Below, in pieces: positions 43,201 to 53,385 of a DNA stretch of 64,000 nucleotides. Origin of the DNA: an uncultured cyanobacterium. Its GTDB lineage: Bacteria; Cyanobacteriota; Cyanobacteriia; Cyanobacteriales; Nostocaceae. The notes beneath the pieces are model-generated. The model saw only the letters and a program-made list of their open reading frames with translations. It was not told the origin of the DNA and ran no database searches. The DNA lies in contig OY970166.1 in the NCBI GenBank assembly GCA_963706595.1, positions 512,001-576,000 on the forward strand. The letters are read 5' to 3'. How positions within the stretch are numbered: the first letter of the stretch is position 1; each line of letters begins with the position of its first letter. Both the position numbers and the translations under genes were made by a program.

Positions 43201-43323
43201 ATGTTTGATACTTTAAGCAATCTCAATTGGGAAGTCATCTTCCAGCTAGTTTCCGTGGGACTAATCCTCATTTCTGGTCCAGTAGTCATATTTGTACTGG
43301 CGTTTCGCAACGGCAATATGTAG
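43201..43323 (+). CDS. psb30: Photosystem II reaction-centre protein Psb30/Ycf12 (not in ORF track)
   Basis: MFDTLSNLNWEVIFQLVSVGLILISGPVVIFVLAFRNGNM*. Confidence 0.93.
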   Translation: MFDTLSNLNWEVIFQLVSVGLILISGPVVIFVLAFRNGNM

Positions 43324-43359
43324 GAGTGCTGAGTGCTGAGTGTTGAGTACATGAAAAAC

Positions 43360-45549
43360 TCATAACTCAGGACTCAGCGGACACTGAGCGTAGTCGAAGT
43401 GTGCTGATAATGCCTGAAGGGCAGCTTGGATAATGTTGTCATACTGTGGTTGAGATATATCAATCTCTTTGGAGTCTTGACGATTTTTGCCTATTAGACC
43501 AATTGTATGTCCTGGTTGCATGACTAAAACTTTGCCTTCAGGATTTTTAATTCTTAATTCTCCTAAAGTATCGTTTTTATATATACCACAAGTATAATTT
43601 CGCTGTTTGTACTGAAAGTTAGCTTTTAATGGACTAGCAGACGACTGATTAAATAGATGAGATAGCGTTAGCTGTTGGGAATTAATGGCTTGATCGCTAA
43701 AATGCTCATTTGCGAGTCTGACACCGAGTAATTCTAACTCAATGGTAGTATTACCATTAAAGTGATTCTCTCGCAGCTTGTAAGCGATATCGACTCGCGG
43801 GGGTAAGGGAAAATAGTCTTGCCAACGCCAGGCGATCGCTTTAATTTTATACTGTTGATCATGAATAGTTTGGCTCAGTGTCAATTTAATGTGACCTTTA
43901 CCTACGATTTTTTGCTCAATCACTTGCACCCCAGATGTCCAGAATAAGGGATCGGGGTTCTCCATACCGCAGGGATGCAGAGCATTAATTTGTTGGTATA
44001 GCTGCTGATTGAGTTGATTTAAATCAGCTTCAGCATCAATTCTGAGTAGTGGTTTCAGATGTTGTAGTTCTAGACACTGATTCGCAAATTCAGATAAACG
44101 CGATCGCAATATCTCCAAATTCTCGGCTGGGAAAGAAAAACCGCCGGCGGCTTTGTGTCCACCAAATTTACCTAATAAATTGTGACAATATTGTAACGCT
44201 TCAAATACATTAAACTCAGGAATTCCACGGGCAGAACCGCGAATGTGTCCTTCATCCTCATAAGTGCCAATAAACACAGGTACACCGTAGCGCTCCACTA
44301 AGCGAGAGGCGACAATCCCAATTACACCATGATGCCAATCAGGTTGGATAACTACTAATACGCGGTCTTTTGGCAGATTAGATGCAAACTCGGCTTCTAC
44401 ATAGGCGATCGCCTCCTGTTCAATTTCCTCGCACATTTGCTGACGGCTGATGTTCGTTAACTCACATTGTGTCGCCAGTTCGAGTGCGATCGCCATATCA
44501 TCAGTAGTTAATAATTCAATCACTGTCTGAGGATCACCAATGCGACCAATAGCATTAATCCGTGGTCCCAAACGAAAACCAATATCTTCAGGCTTTAAAG
44601 ACTTAGCAGACGAGACTGAGGGACTCTTTCCCCCTGCTCCCTGCTCCCTGCTCCCCTGCATCTTTTCCCCTTGTCCCTCTTCCCTCGCTTGTAACCCAGC
44701 TACTTGAATTAACGCCTTAATTCCTGGTAAATCAGATTTAGGTAAATGCTTTAAACCACGTTTTACCCAGCGACGGTTTACACCTGTTAAAGGAGCTAAG
44801 TCTGCAATGGTTCCCAGTGTAAATAAAGCTAACATTGGCTGAACTAAGCCTTTAATCTCTCCTAACTGTTGCGCTAGACATACCGCTAAAATGTAAGCTA
44901 CACCCACACCCGCAACACTCCGATAAGGTGACGATTCAGCGATTAGTTTGGGGTTGAGAATGGCGTTAGCTGGGGGAAGTTTTGGGGGGATGTCGTGGTG
45001 GTCTGTGACAATCACATTTAGACCAAGTTCTCTGGCTCTAGCAATGGGTTCATAAGCCGAAATCCCATTATCTACAGTCAGAATCAGTTCTACACCTTCA
45101 CTGTGAAATTCTTCCACAATGCGCTTGTTAATTCCATAACCATCGTGCATTCGGCTGGGGATAGCGTAATCCACTTGAGCGCCTAAACTGCGAAGACTAC
45201 GCAACAATAAAGCCGTGCTAGTCATACCATCAGCATCATAATCACCACAGATCGCAATTTTAGCTTTCGTTGCGATCGCCTGTTGCAATAACTCTACACT
45301 CGCCGCTAAATCGGGAAATTCTTCTAAGGGTGAAGGTAAGACTAAAGACTCTGGATTTAAAAAGCCTTGTGCTGCTTCTGCTGTTGTAATACCACGATTA
45401 ATCAATAACTGACCAATAATAGGAGAAACATTGGTCATCATCGCCAAATTTTGGGCAAATTCTGGTTGCTGGGGATAAATTTCCCAGCGCTGATTAGGTA
45501 AATGCTTATCAGGTGTGATCGGTTTTGGGAAAGCTTGATCTAACATCAA
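43360..45549 (-). CDS. recJ: Single-stranded-DNA exonuclease RecJ
   Basis: GDYDADGM, TVDNG, TDHH, GPRINAIGRI, RGSARG, GGHKAAGG. Confidence 0.95.
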   Translation of the reverse strand: MMLDQAFPKPITPDKHLPNQRWEIYPQQPEFAQNLAMMTNVSPIIGQLLINRGITTAEAAQGFLNPESLVLPSPLEEFPDLAASVELLQQAIATKAKIAICGDYDADGMTSTALLLRSLRSLGAQVDYAIPSRMHDGYGINKRIVEEFHSEGVELILTVDNGISAYEPIARARELGLNVIVTDHHDIPPKLPPANAILNPKLIAESSPYRSVAGVGVAYILAVCLAQQLGEIKGLVQPMLALFTLGTIADLAPLTGVNRRWVKRGLKHLPKSDLPGIKALIQVAGLQAREEGQGEKMQGSREQGAGGKSPSVSSAKSLKPEDIGFRLGPRINAIGRIGDPQTVIELLTTDDMAIALELATQCELTNISRQQMCEEIEQEAIAYVEAEFASNLPKDRVLVVIQPDWHHGVIGIVASRLVERYGVPVFIGTYEDEGHIRGSARGIPEFNVFEALQYCHNLLGKFGGHKAAGGFSFPAENLEILRSRLSEFANQCLELQHLKPLLRIDAEADLNQLNQQLYQQINALHPCGMENPDPLFWTSGVQVIEQKIVGKGHIKLTLSQTIHDQQYKIKAIAWRWQDYFPLPPRVDIAYKLRENHFNGNTTIELELLGVRLANEHFSDQAINSQQLTLSHLFNQSSASPLKANFQYKQRNYTCGIYKNDTLGELRIKNPEGKVLVMQPGHTIGLIGKNRQDSKEIDISQPQYDNIIQAALQALSAHFDYAQCPLSPEL

Positions 45550-45654
45550 TTATCAGTTGTGAGCAAGTCTAGGTAGGCGCGGGTTTAGCAATATCCCCGT
45601 TAATCATCAAGGATATCTGTGAACCCGCCCCTACTCATAACATTTTTTGCTCAC

Positions 45655-46080
45655 TTAAAATACATCTACCCGACCATCATTCAGGATATACACAGAGCGA
45701 TCGCCTGGGAAACTCTCATTAGGACGTAATTCTACCTGCAATGTGCCAAAGTTAGGTTTCGAGACATTCGCCTTTATCGATAACCCCGTATCATCCCAGA
45801 AAACCAGAGAAATATTTGGTGTTGTCCCGTGTCCATGCTCCAATATTAATTCCTCTCCTGATTGTAGGGAAATAGTATCAGTGGTGGCAGGTTTTTGTAA
45901 CTTCAGCAAGCGGGGAGTACGATTTACCACTTGAATGCGGATACGTTGACCAGGCGTAAACTGCATGGGACGCGCGCCACAATTAGAAGCACAAGTTCCA
46001 GCTAGGGTAACTTGCGAAGCATTTGTTGATGTCAATAAAAAAGCTGTAGCGATTAAAGTTGCTGCTATTAACTTAACCAT
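45655..46080 (-). CDS. Hypothetical exported protein
   Basis: Signal peptide followed by CASNC and a beta-rich domain. Confidence 0.7.
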   Translation of the reverse strand: MVKLIAATLIATAFLLTSTNASQVTLAGTCASNCGARPMQFTPGQRIRIQVVNRTPRLLKLQKPATTDTISLQSGEELILEHGHGTTPNISLVFWDDTGLSIKANVSKPNFGTLQVELRPNESFPGDRSVYILNDGRVDVF

Positions 46081-46113
46081 ATATAGGACTCCTATCTGAT
46101 TTTTGTTAGCTTA

Positions 46114-46240
46114 CCCTACTCCCTACTCCCTACTCCCTACTCCCATTTCCCCATTTCCCCATTCCCCACTCCCTACTCCCTACTCCCCATTCCCCATTCC
46201 CCACTCCCCACTCCCCACTCCCTACTCCCCACTCCCTATT
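46114..46240. repeat. Long STRR tract (CCCTACT/CCCCACT/CCCCATT)
   Basis: Roughly 18 heptamer units. Confidence 0.9.
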
Positions 46241-47675
46241 TCCAAGAAAAAATTTCCAAATGAACAGATGCTTCATTCCCCAACACTTTTTTCCCTCGTT
46301 CAGGTAAGACGATATCAGCTATAAAACCATCTGCATTAGGATTAGGATTGATGGGAATGTGCGGCTCTTCATTTTCATAATTCCAGGCGTACTTAGCCGT
46401 GTAGAAACCATCTAGGACTGTGACATCGACGATCAGATAGTCAGACCAAAGGGGTAATTGATCAATATGGCTACCAAACAACCAGTCTCGCTCTTTTTTG
46501 ACAAAAGAATGCAACGCTAATCTAATGGCATATCTACAGGTAGAATCACCACTAGCTGAGTAGCTGGGAACCATGAAAGCTGTAAATAGTGGTATGGGTA
46601 TTCCCCTAGTTAATTCCAGTGTGATGGGACAATAATGAGCGATACTTTGTTCATGTATAGCCACAGGAAGACCACGCAGGGCAGATCGGACTTCCATCTG
46701 ATAAAAAGTATCGTTGCGATCGCCTAATTCAACATGATTAAGGGATAGTTTCACCTTAATATCACCAAATAAAAAGCGTTGCAGATTTTGATAAGCTTCT
46801 TCCGAGTTGACCATTCCATAACGCCCACCATGAGTCCGATAAATATAGGCGCGATGCGATCCTCTGACATAGGCTTTCTCAGTCTGAACTAGACCATCAC
46901 TTTGAAGACCTACCATCTTCTGTGCAGCACCAAAAGCTACATCGTAATCACGGGCATTTGTACCAATAATACAAAAAACTCGGTCTGTTGGAAAAGCGTC
47001 ATCAAGGCTTTGAGCATCAAAATCGTCAGGTAATAAATCTTTTTGCTGTGTTTGAGGTGTTAAATATTCATACATCCTCTGGGGTCCAAAATCATCACTA
47101 TTATTTAATTTGAGTGAATCTCTAATTTTTTCAATTACGCCATTGCCAATTTCAAAATGAATGCCACCATGAGGTGTACCATAAGTAAATAACTTATCAA
47201 TATGATCAATAGCTTGCTCGTTCTGCTCTGGATAAATCTTCTGTATGAGACTGCGACAAACAAGACCTCCCATAGAGTGGGCAATTAAGTAAACTTGATT
47301 TGCACCTGTGTGAGATTTAACAGTATTAATCAAGTCTCTCAAACGCGCTGCTACTTGCTCTATTGTCAGTCTGATAGCTGTCTGGGAACCCCAACTTTGG
47401 GTGGTTTCATCATAAAATCGGTAAATCCAAATAGATTTCGGGTTTTTGCTCAACTGTTGATCGTGCTGATGGTCAAAAACAGGTCGATAACCGTGATCAG
47501 TTATGAGTCGCAGCAGTGGACTCTCGAAAAAAAACTGCTCCGGGTTTCCTTGCACACCCACCCGAATATGTGCCGAGCCATGATTAAATCCATAAAATGG
47601 ATCTTCCACCGTTTGCTCAACGTCTTTATCTGAGCCGGCATATCCACGGACATAGATGATGGGTAAATATTTCAT
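46236..47675 (-). CDS. Alpha/beta hydrolase (lipase/PGAP1-like) with a C-terminal beta-rich domain
   Basis: IIYVRGY, nucleophile elbow AHSMGG, YGTPHGG, SDGLV. Confidence 0.82.
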   Translation of the reverse strand: MKYLPIIYVRGYAGSDKDVEQTVEDPFYGFNHGSAHIRVGVQGNPEQFFFESPLLRLITDHGYRPVFDHQHDQQLSKNPKSIWIYRFYDETTQSWGSQTAIRLTIEQVAARLRDLINTVKSHTGANQVYLIAHSMGGLVCRSLIQKIYPEQNEQAIDHIDKLFTYGTPHGGIHFEIGNGVIEKIRDSLKLNNSDDFGPQRMYEYLTPQTQQKDLLPDDFDAQSLDDAFPTDRVFCIIGTNARDYDVAFGAAQKMVGLQSDGLVQTEKAYVRGSHRAYIYRTHGGRYGMVNSEEAYQNLQRFLFGDIKVKLSLNHVELGDRNDTFYQMEVRSALRGLPVAIHEQSIAHYCPITLELTRGIPIPLFTAFMVPSYSASGDSTCRYAIRLALHSFVKKERDWLFGSHIDQLPLWSDYLIVDVTVLDGFYTAKYAWNYENEEPHIPINPNPNADGFIADIVLPERGKKVLGNEASVHLEIFSWK

Positions 47676-47833
47676 TATTTATTGTTTTAAAGTTAAATTT
47701 AGCTTTTAGCCGCAGTTGCAATTAAAAGCTACCAGAAGATATATTTTTTGAGATGAATTTGTAAGAATTTGTATTATTTGGACTAAAGTTAGCGAATTTA
47801 GCATTTGTGTCCATCACCCAAATTTTTCACATC

Positions 47834-49087
47834 CTAATCAACCGTTGCTCCTTCCAACCAAATCTCTGCATCATCTGCGAGTAACTTTTCTGCTGCTTCC
47901 AACATAGATGCGGCGATATCTTTTAAATCTTCACGATTATTCAAGTAAGTTTTGAGCGCTGACCTGGGGTCAATACTGCTACTGGCGGTCAATTCCGGGA
48001 TTCTGGGGCGAGCCAATTGGCTGACTAATTCGGCTTGAATCGTATAGTTGTGAGCCGGAGTTAAGGCTGTATGGATGGAAGCGCCATCAATTATATCCAT
48101 CTGTTCCGAACGGAGTTTATAAATTAACCGCACGACAGCATCTTCAATATTATGTTTAGCGATCGCCTTCATTAAAGCAGCTTGTGGATCATCCGCTTTA
48201 GATATATCCACCTCTATAGTGCGGAAAGTCCGAACAGGTAAAGGACAAAATTCCCAATGAGCGCTTCCTCGCTCCAGTTCAATCATCACATAGCCTTTAT
48301 CTTCTTTTTCTTCGCTAAAATCAACCCGTTCAATACTTCCTGGATAAATCACCGGCGGGTTATTAGATTTATTCAAATTCTGGTGACGGTGGACGTGTCC
48401 TAATGCCACATAATCAAAACAAGGTCGCGTCAGCAAAGATAGCGGTAAAGTAAAACCCTTACCCACAGCTAAAAAACGCTCGGCTCCTAAAGTCGCATTG
48501 TCAGCCATTAAGTGAGCCAACAGCACAGTGGGAACTTCAGGGTCAAGACGGCGAATCTCTCCTTCTAAAACCACTTTTAAACGTTCTGTTAACAGTTCAT
48601 TCACCTCAGCCAAAGAAGACTTTTCCGTTTCTTGACGAGTCATCAAAGTTGAACGGGTGAGCCAAGGTAAGGTAATTACTTGGACTTTGCCATGACGAGT
48701 TTGAATACTGTGAGTGGTGACAGTATCACCCACAACAAAACCCCTCACTCCCAAAGTGCGGTAAATATTTAAACTCGCTCCTCCTACTCCTTGGGAATGT
48801 TGGTCATGGTTCCCGACTAACAACACCGTGGGAATATCTGCATCCACAAGCCGGCGAAACTGATTAGCAAAAGCTTCTTGCACATAAGGCGCTGGTGTAG
48901 CATCTGGGAAGGCATCACCGCCAAATATCACCAAATCCACCGTATCTTCTAGCGCTCGGTCAATACATCGAGATAATGTCTTGACAAAATCCTCTAATCG
49001 TGTATTTAGTCCTGTGGCGGGATTCATGCGTCCGTGGGAGAAACCGCTTCCTATATGGATGTCGGAAAGATGCAGGATCTTAATCAT
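47834..49087 (-). CDS. sbcD: Exonuclease SbcCD subunit D
   Basis: HLSDIHIG, GGDAF, VGNHD, YVALGHVH, YPGSIERVDFSE. Confidence 0.93.
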   Translation of the reverse strand: MIKILHLSDIHIGSGFSHGRMNPATGLNTRLEDFVKTLSRCIDRALEDTVDLVIFGGDAFPDATPAPYVQEAFANQFRRLVDADIPTVLLVGNHDQHSQGVGGASLNIYRTLGVRGFVVGDTVTTHSIQTRHGKVQVITLPWLTRSTLMTRQETEKSSLAEVNELLTERLKVVLEGEIRRLDPEVPTVLLAHLMADNATLGAERFLAVGKGFTLPLSLLTRPCFDYVALGHVHRHQNLNKSNNPPVIYPGSIERVDFSEEKEDKGYVMIELERGSAHWEFCPLPVRTFRTIEVDISKADDPQAALMKAIAKHNIEDAVVRLIYKLRSEQMDIIDGASIHTALTPAHNYTIQAELVSQLARPRIPELTASSSIDPRSALKTYLNNREDLKDIAASMLEAAEKLLADDAEIWLEGATVD

Positions 49088-49313
49088 ATTTCTCAGGTGT
49101 TAGTTGACTTTTGTCTAACATATTAATGACTATTTAACTGGAAATTACTTACCTAGACTCGCCAGCATCCGGCGTTTTTATCTTCTTTGCAACATTGATT
49201 TTTGCAGTAATTTATATGATTTATACAAAATTTTGCCGTAAACAAGAAATTTCACTTAAAATATATAGTATAAAAAAACCCTATTTTGATTAACTGCTAG
49301 AAATCGGAAACCA

Positions 49314-52300
49314 ATGAGTAACAGCATGAATCTGGCAATTCAGGAGAAGATCAAGGTTTGGAAGGATAAACTTGCAGATTTCAGTAGCAGTAACCCTCTG
49401 CTTAATTTTAGTGAAAAGAGCAAAAAACCAAGGGTTAATATTTCTACACCACCTCTAATCCTATTTCAAAAATTTGTAGAAAGCGACTCTGGCGAATTTC
49501 CTGTCAAAGATTTGGAAACTGAACAAACAGATAGTGACCGCATCAAGCTTCTTGATAAACTGCGTAGTGAAGCAAAGAAAACATTAGAGGAAAAGGGTTT
49601 TGTTAGTTTATTCTTAGTCCTTGGTACTTTAAATTGGTTTGATACGGCAAATCATCAGGACAGGAAGGAAAAGCTAGTCTCCCCTCTGTTGCTGATTCCA
49701 TTAGAACTACACAAAAAAGGGAAAAAACCACCAGAATATAAACTTTATCTTGCTGATCAGGAAATTTCTGTTAACTTTATTTTAGCAAATAAGTTACAAG
49801 ATGAATTTAATATCAAATTACCTGAGTCTGAAACAATTCAAGAATTGGGATACGAAGGATTTATGAATACGGTACGTGATGCTATAGCTGAAAAACAGAA
49901 TTGGAACCTAGAAGAAATTGCTTATATTACCTCGTTTGAGTCCTTCAAAACAGCGATGATAAAGGACTTAGAACAACATCAAGAACTAATTGCTACTCAT
50001 CCGATTCTGCAAGGAATTGCTCTGAAAGAACAACTAGAGAATCAGGTTGGTAGTTTCAAGACCATCATAGACAAGGAACTGGATACAATTAATCCTAAAT
50101 TAGTATATCAAATATGTGATGCTGATTTTAGCCAGCAAGTAGTAATAGAAGCTGCCAAAGCAGGATTTAGTTTTGTAGTACAAGGACCGCCAGGAACAGG
50201 TAAAAGTCAAACTATTGCTAACATCGTTGCTGAATTAATTGGAAAAGATAAAAAAATTTTATTAGTTGCTGAAAAGCAAACTGCTCTTGATGCTGTATAT
50301 AAAAAATTACTGGAATCTCAGCCTTCTCTTAAAGAGGTATGTTTAAATTTGCATCATAGAGGTACAAACAAGATACAGAATTTGCTAGAAGAATTATATA
50401 AAACTAAAAGTCTGCTATTGCAAAGAAATGAATCAAAATCACAAGAGTCTAAATGGGACATCTTTTTTCAAGAATTGCAAGACTGCCGAGCAACTATAAA
50501 TAAACACAACGAAATGTTACATAAAACATATCAGCCGATTAATAAATCTGCTTTTGAGATATATGGGAAAATTCTTAAGCTAGAAAATGAAAAAGTTCCA
50601 ACATTAGATTTTAATATTTATAACTTAAAAGATTGGTCAGAAGATGTTTTACTGAAAGCAAGTCAATTAGTTGAAGAGCTTCAAAAATTTGAGGCTATTT
50701 TTATGGGAACACAAAACACTATCTGGTCAAATAGTCCTGTAAAAGTGTGGGATGCCTATAACAACAGTAACTTACGTCAAAATATTAATGATTTGCGTGA
50801 GGGAATTGAACTTGCCATAAACACAATAAATCGTTTAGGCGAATTATTAGCAATAGAACCTAATCATAAATTAGTAATTTTAAATTTACTAAGTTTAGAT
50901 ATGCTTTATTCAGCAGTAGGATATCTTGTTGCAGTGCCTCCCAAGTTTCCGCTAGTCTGGCTACAACACACAAATTTAAGTAGTTTGCAAAAGTATTTTT
51001 CTGAGCTTAAAAATGATATTTCTTATATTGAATGTGTAAATAGCGATTTCCAGAAAAATTATATTAACGATTTTTTAAGTTTAAATTTATCTGAATTACG
51101 AAAATTTCAGCAAAAACTAGAGACTCATAGAAGTATTTGGCGTTATTTTCAATGTAGTTATTGGCGCAGCCGCAAGAAAATAATAAAATTTCTAAAACTA
51201 AAAAAAGGGGTTACAAACAAACAAATAATTGGTGATATTAATAAAGCAATAAAACGTCAAGAATTTTTGTACAAGTTGAAAAATTTAAATCATGAATATA
51301 ATCAAGAATTTCGGGCGTATTTTGACGAAAAACTCCCAGAAAAAATTCCAGATTCAAATGCTATTGAACAACATTTAAATTGGTTGAAATTACTACAAAA
51401 GTATGAGTTACCTTCTCAGGGAGTAGCAGCAGCTATTTCTTCATCAGAAAATTTACAAGAACTGAGCAGTTTACTAAAGGATTTAGAAAATTCTCAAAAC
51501 TTAATCAAAGAAGGTTTCAAATTCATCAGGAAACACTTTCCACAGCATCCAATGACGAAAGTGGGCGAATTGGAAGAAAAACTTTTGCCAGAAGTAGAAG
51601 ATTTTATTAATAAATCCGAAAGTGAACTAAGTAGTTTTCAACAATATTTAGATTGTCAGCAAATAATAGAAAAACTTGAGTATTTTGGAGCTAAAGATTT
51701 TTTATCAAAACTGAAAAATACTAGCATAGCACCAGATTTTTGGGTTTCAATATTACGGAAAGGTGTTTATCATAACTGGCGACAATACATATATGATAGT
51801 TGTGAACTGCGAAACTTTAATCCAAAAATGTATGAAGAGAAAATACAAAAATTTTGCAAACTTGATGTTCAACAATACCAAGTAGCAATAGAGCGATTAC
51901 AACAACTCCATGCTAAACGTTGGCAGGAATGGTCTACGCAGCCAGAGGCGAAGAAACAGATTCAATTGCTTGAAAGCCAACGTAAATTAAAAACAGGTCA
52001 TCAAAAAATTCGTCAATTCATCAAAAATGCCCCTCAACTTGTTACTACCCTCAAGCCTTTTTGGCTAATGAGTCCACTAGCAGTTAGCCAGTATATAGAC
52101 CCAGATGCGGTAAAGTTTGATGTTGTAATCTTTGATGAAGCTTCCCAGATATGTACTGAAGATGCTGTAACCGCAATTATGCGAGCAAAGCAGGTAATTG
52201 TGGTTGGTGATGATAAACAACTACCACCAACATTTAATCCTGGTAACGCTTCTGGTAAGTCAGATGACGAACAAGAAGTATATGAAAGTTTGCTCAATGA

Positions 52301-53330
52301 ATCTTCAATTGTTCTAGAAAAATTTACTTTAAAGTGGCATTATCGTAGCAGACATGAAAGTTTAATTGCTTTTTCAAACCAAAAATTTTATGATTCAGAG
52401 CTTTTAACTTTCCCAAACCCGCTCAAAGATTCTAATCTTGGTGTTCATTTCCATTATGTTGAAGATGGTATATATACACCTGGTGATAATGGGCAAAATA
52501 ATATCCGTGAAGCTCAAACTGTAGCCGAAATTGCACTAAAGCATTTGCACGAAAATAAACAAAACCCCAATTTTTCTCTAGGAATTGTTACTTTAAATGA
52601 GCTACAGGCAGAAACTATACAGGACAAATTAAAGGAACTTATTTTAAGACATCCAGAAATTGAAGAAGAATCTGATAAATATTTTATTAAACCACTGGAA
52701 CGGGTTCAAGGTGATGAACAAGAAGTAATTCTTTTCAGCTTCGGATATGGATTTAATGCTGAAAAGAAGTTAAGTTTCAATTTTGGTCCTTTAACTAGAG
52801 CAGGAGGGAGGCGGCGCTTAAATGTAGCAATAACTCGCGCTCGAACTAAGTTTGTGTTAGTAGCTTCCTTACAAGCAGCCGATTTGCAACCGACAAAAGA
52901 AAACGCAGAAATAACACTGGTGAAAGAGTATTTTGAATACGCTTATAGTGGGGGTAAAAAATTAGACAATCAGGATCATTTTTATTTTTCAGAGTCTGAT
53001 TTTCTTTTTGAAGAATATATATATCAAGCTTTAACTAAACAAGGATACAAAGTAAAAAAACGGGTAGGTCGTTCAGCCTTTCCTATTGATTTAGCAGTGA
53101 TAGATCCCCGAAATACAGAGACAGAAGAATTTATTTTGGGTATTGTCTGTGATGGGAAAATTTACCATAAATATTCTACAGCAAGAGATCGAGATCGCCT
53201 ACGTATTAAAATTCTCAAAGATTTGAAATGGAATATTTACAGAGTCTGGTCTAGTGAATGGTTTCGTGACCGAAATGGTCAAATAGAAAAGCTTGTGGAA
53301 CATATAGAAAATCTATTGAATCCGAAATAG
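49314..53330 (+). CDS. DUF4011 + SF1 (UPF1/DNA2-like) helicase + C-terminal Vsr/REase-like domain (Hhe-like defence protein)
   Basis: WKDKLADFSSSNPLLNF, QGPPGTGKSQTI, VIFDEASQ, VGDDKQLPP, WHYRSRHESLIAFSN, RRLNVAITRAR, IDLAV...CDG..YH...ARDRDRLR...W..YRVWS. Confidence 0.88.
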   Translation: MSNSMNLAIQEKIKVWKDKLADFSSSNPLLNFSEKSKKPRVNISTPPLILFQKFVESDSGEFPVKDLETEQTDSDRIKLLDKLRSEAKKTLEEKGFVSLFLVLGTLNWFDTANHQDRKEKLVSPLLLIPLELHKKGKKPPEYKLYLADQEISVNFILANKLQDEFNIKLPESETIQELGYEGFMNTVRDAIAEKQNWNLEEIAYITSFESFKTAMIKDLEQHQELIATHPILQGIALKEQLENQVGSFKTIIDKELDTINPKLVYQICDADFSQQVVIEAAKAGFSFVVQGPPGTGKSQTIANIVAELIGKDKKILLVAEKQTALDAVYKKLLESQPSLKEVCLNLHHRGTNKIQNLLEELYKTKSLLLQRNESKSQESKWDIFFQELQDCRATINKHNEMLHKTYQPINKSAFEIYGKILKLENEKVPTLDFNIYNLKDWSEDVLLKASQLVEELQKFEAIFMGTQNTIWSNSPVKVWDAYNNSNLRQNINDLREGIELAINTINRLGELLAIEPNHKLVILNLLSLDMLYSAVGYLVAVPPKFPLVWLQHTNLSSLQKYFSELKNDISYIECVNSDFQKNYINDFLSLNLSELRKFQQKLETHRSIWRYFQCSYWRSRKKIIKFLKLKKGVTNKQIIGDINKAIKRQEFLYKLKNLNHEYNQEFRAYFDEKLPEKIPDSNAIEQHLNWLKLLQKYELPSQGVAAAISSSENLQELSSLLKDLENSQNLIKEGFKFIRKHFPQHPMTKVGELEEKLLPEVEDFINKSESELSSFQQYLDCQQIIEKLEYFGAKDFLSKLKNTSIAPDFWVSILRKGVYHNWRQYIYDSCELRNFNPKMYEEKIQKFCKLDVQQYQVAIERLQQLHAKRWQEWSTQPEAKKQIQLLESQRKLKTGHQKIRQFIKNAPQLVTTLKPFWLMSPLAVSQYIDPDAVKFDVVIFDEASQICTEDAVTAIMRAKQVIVVGDDKQLPPTFNPGNASGKSDDEQEVYESLLNESSIVLEKFTLKWHYRSRHESLIAFSNQKFYDSELLTFPNPLKDSNLGVHFHYVEDGIYTPGDNGQNNIREAQTVAEIALKHLHENKQNPNFSLGIVTLNELQAETIQDKLKELILRHPEIEEESDKYFIKPLERVQGDEQEVILFSFGYGFNAEKKLSFNFGPLTRAGGRRRLNVAITRARTKFVLVASLQAADLQPTKENAEITLVKEYFEYAYSGGKKLDNQDHFYFSESDFLFEEYIYQALTKQGYKVKKRVGRSAFPIDLAVIDPRNTETEEFILGIVCDGKIYHKYSTARDRDRLRIKILKDLKWNIYRVWSSEWFRDRNGQIEKLVEHIENLLNPK

Positions 53331-53385
53331 CTACAGATGTTAGTCTAATCCTTAAATACAAAGTTGCCAGGATACAATTTTTGAA

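Noticed and set aside
46103..46324. Pro-rich 73-aa ORF
   Set aside because: Translation of an STRR tract; the same applies to 9531-9770.
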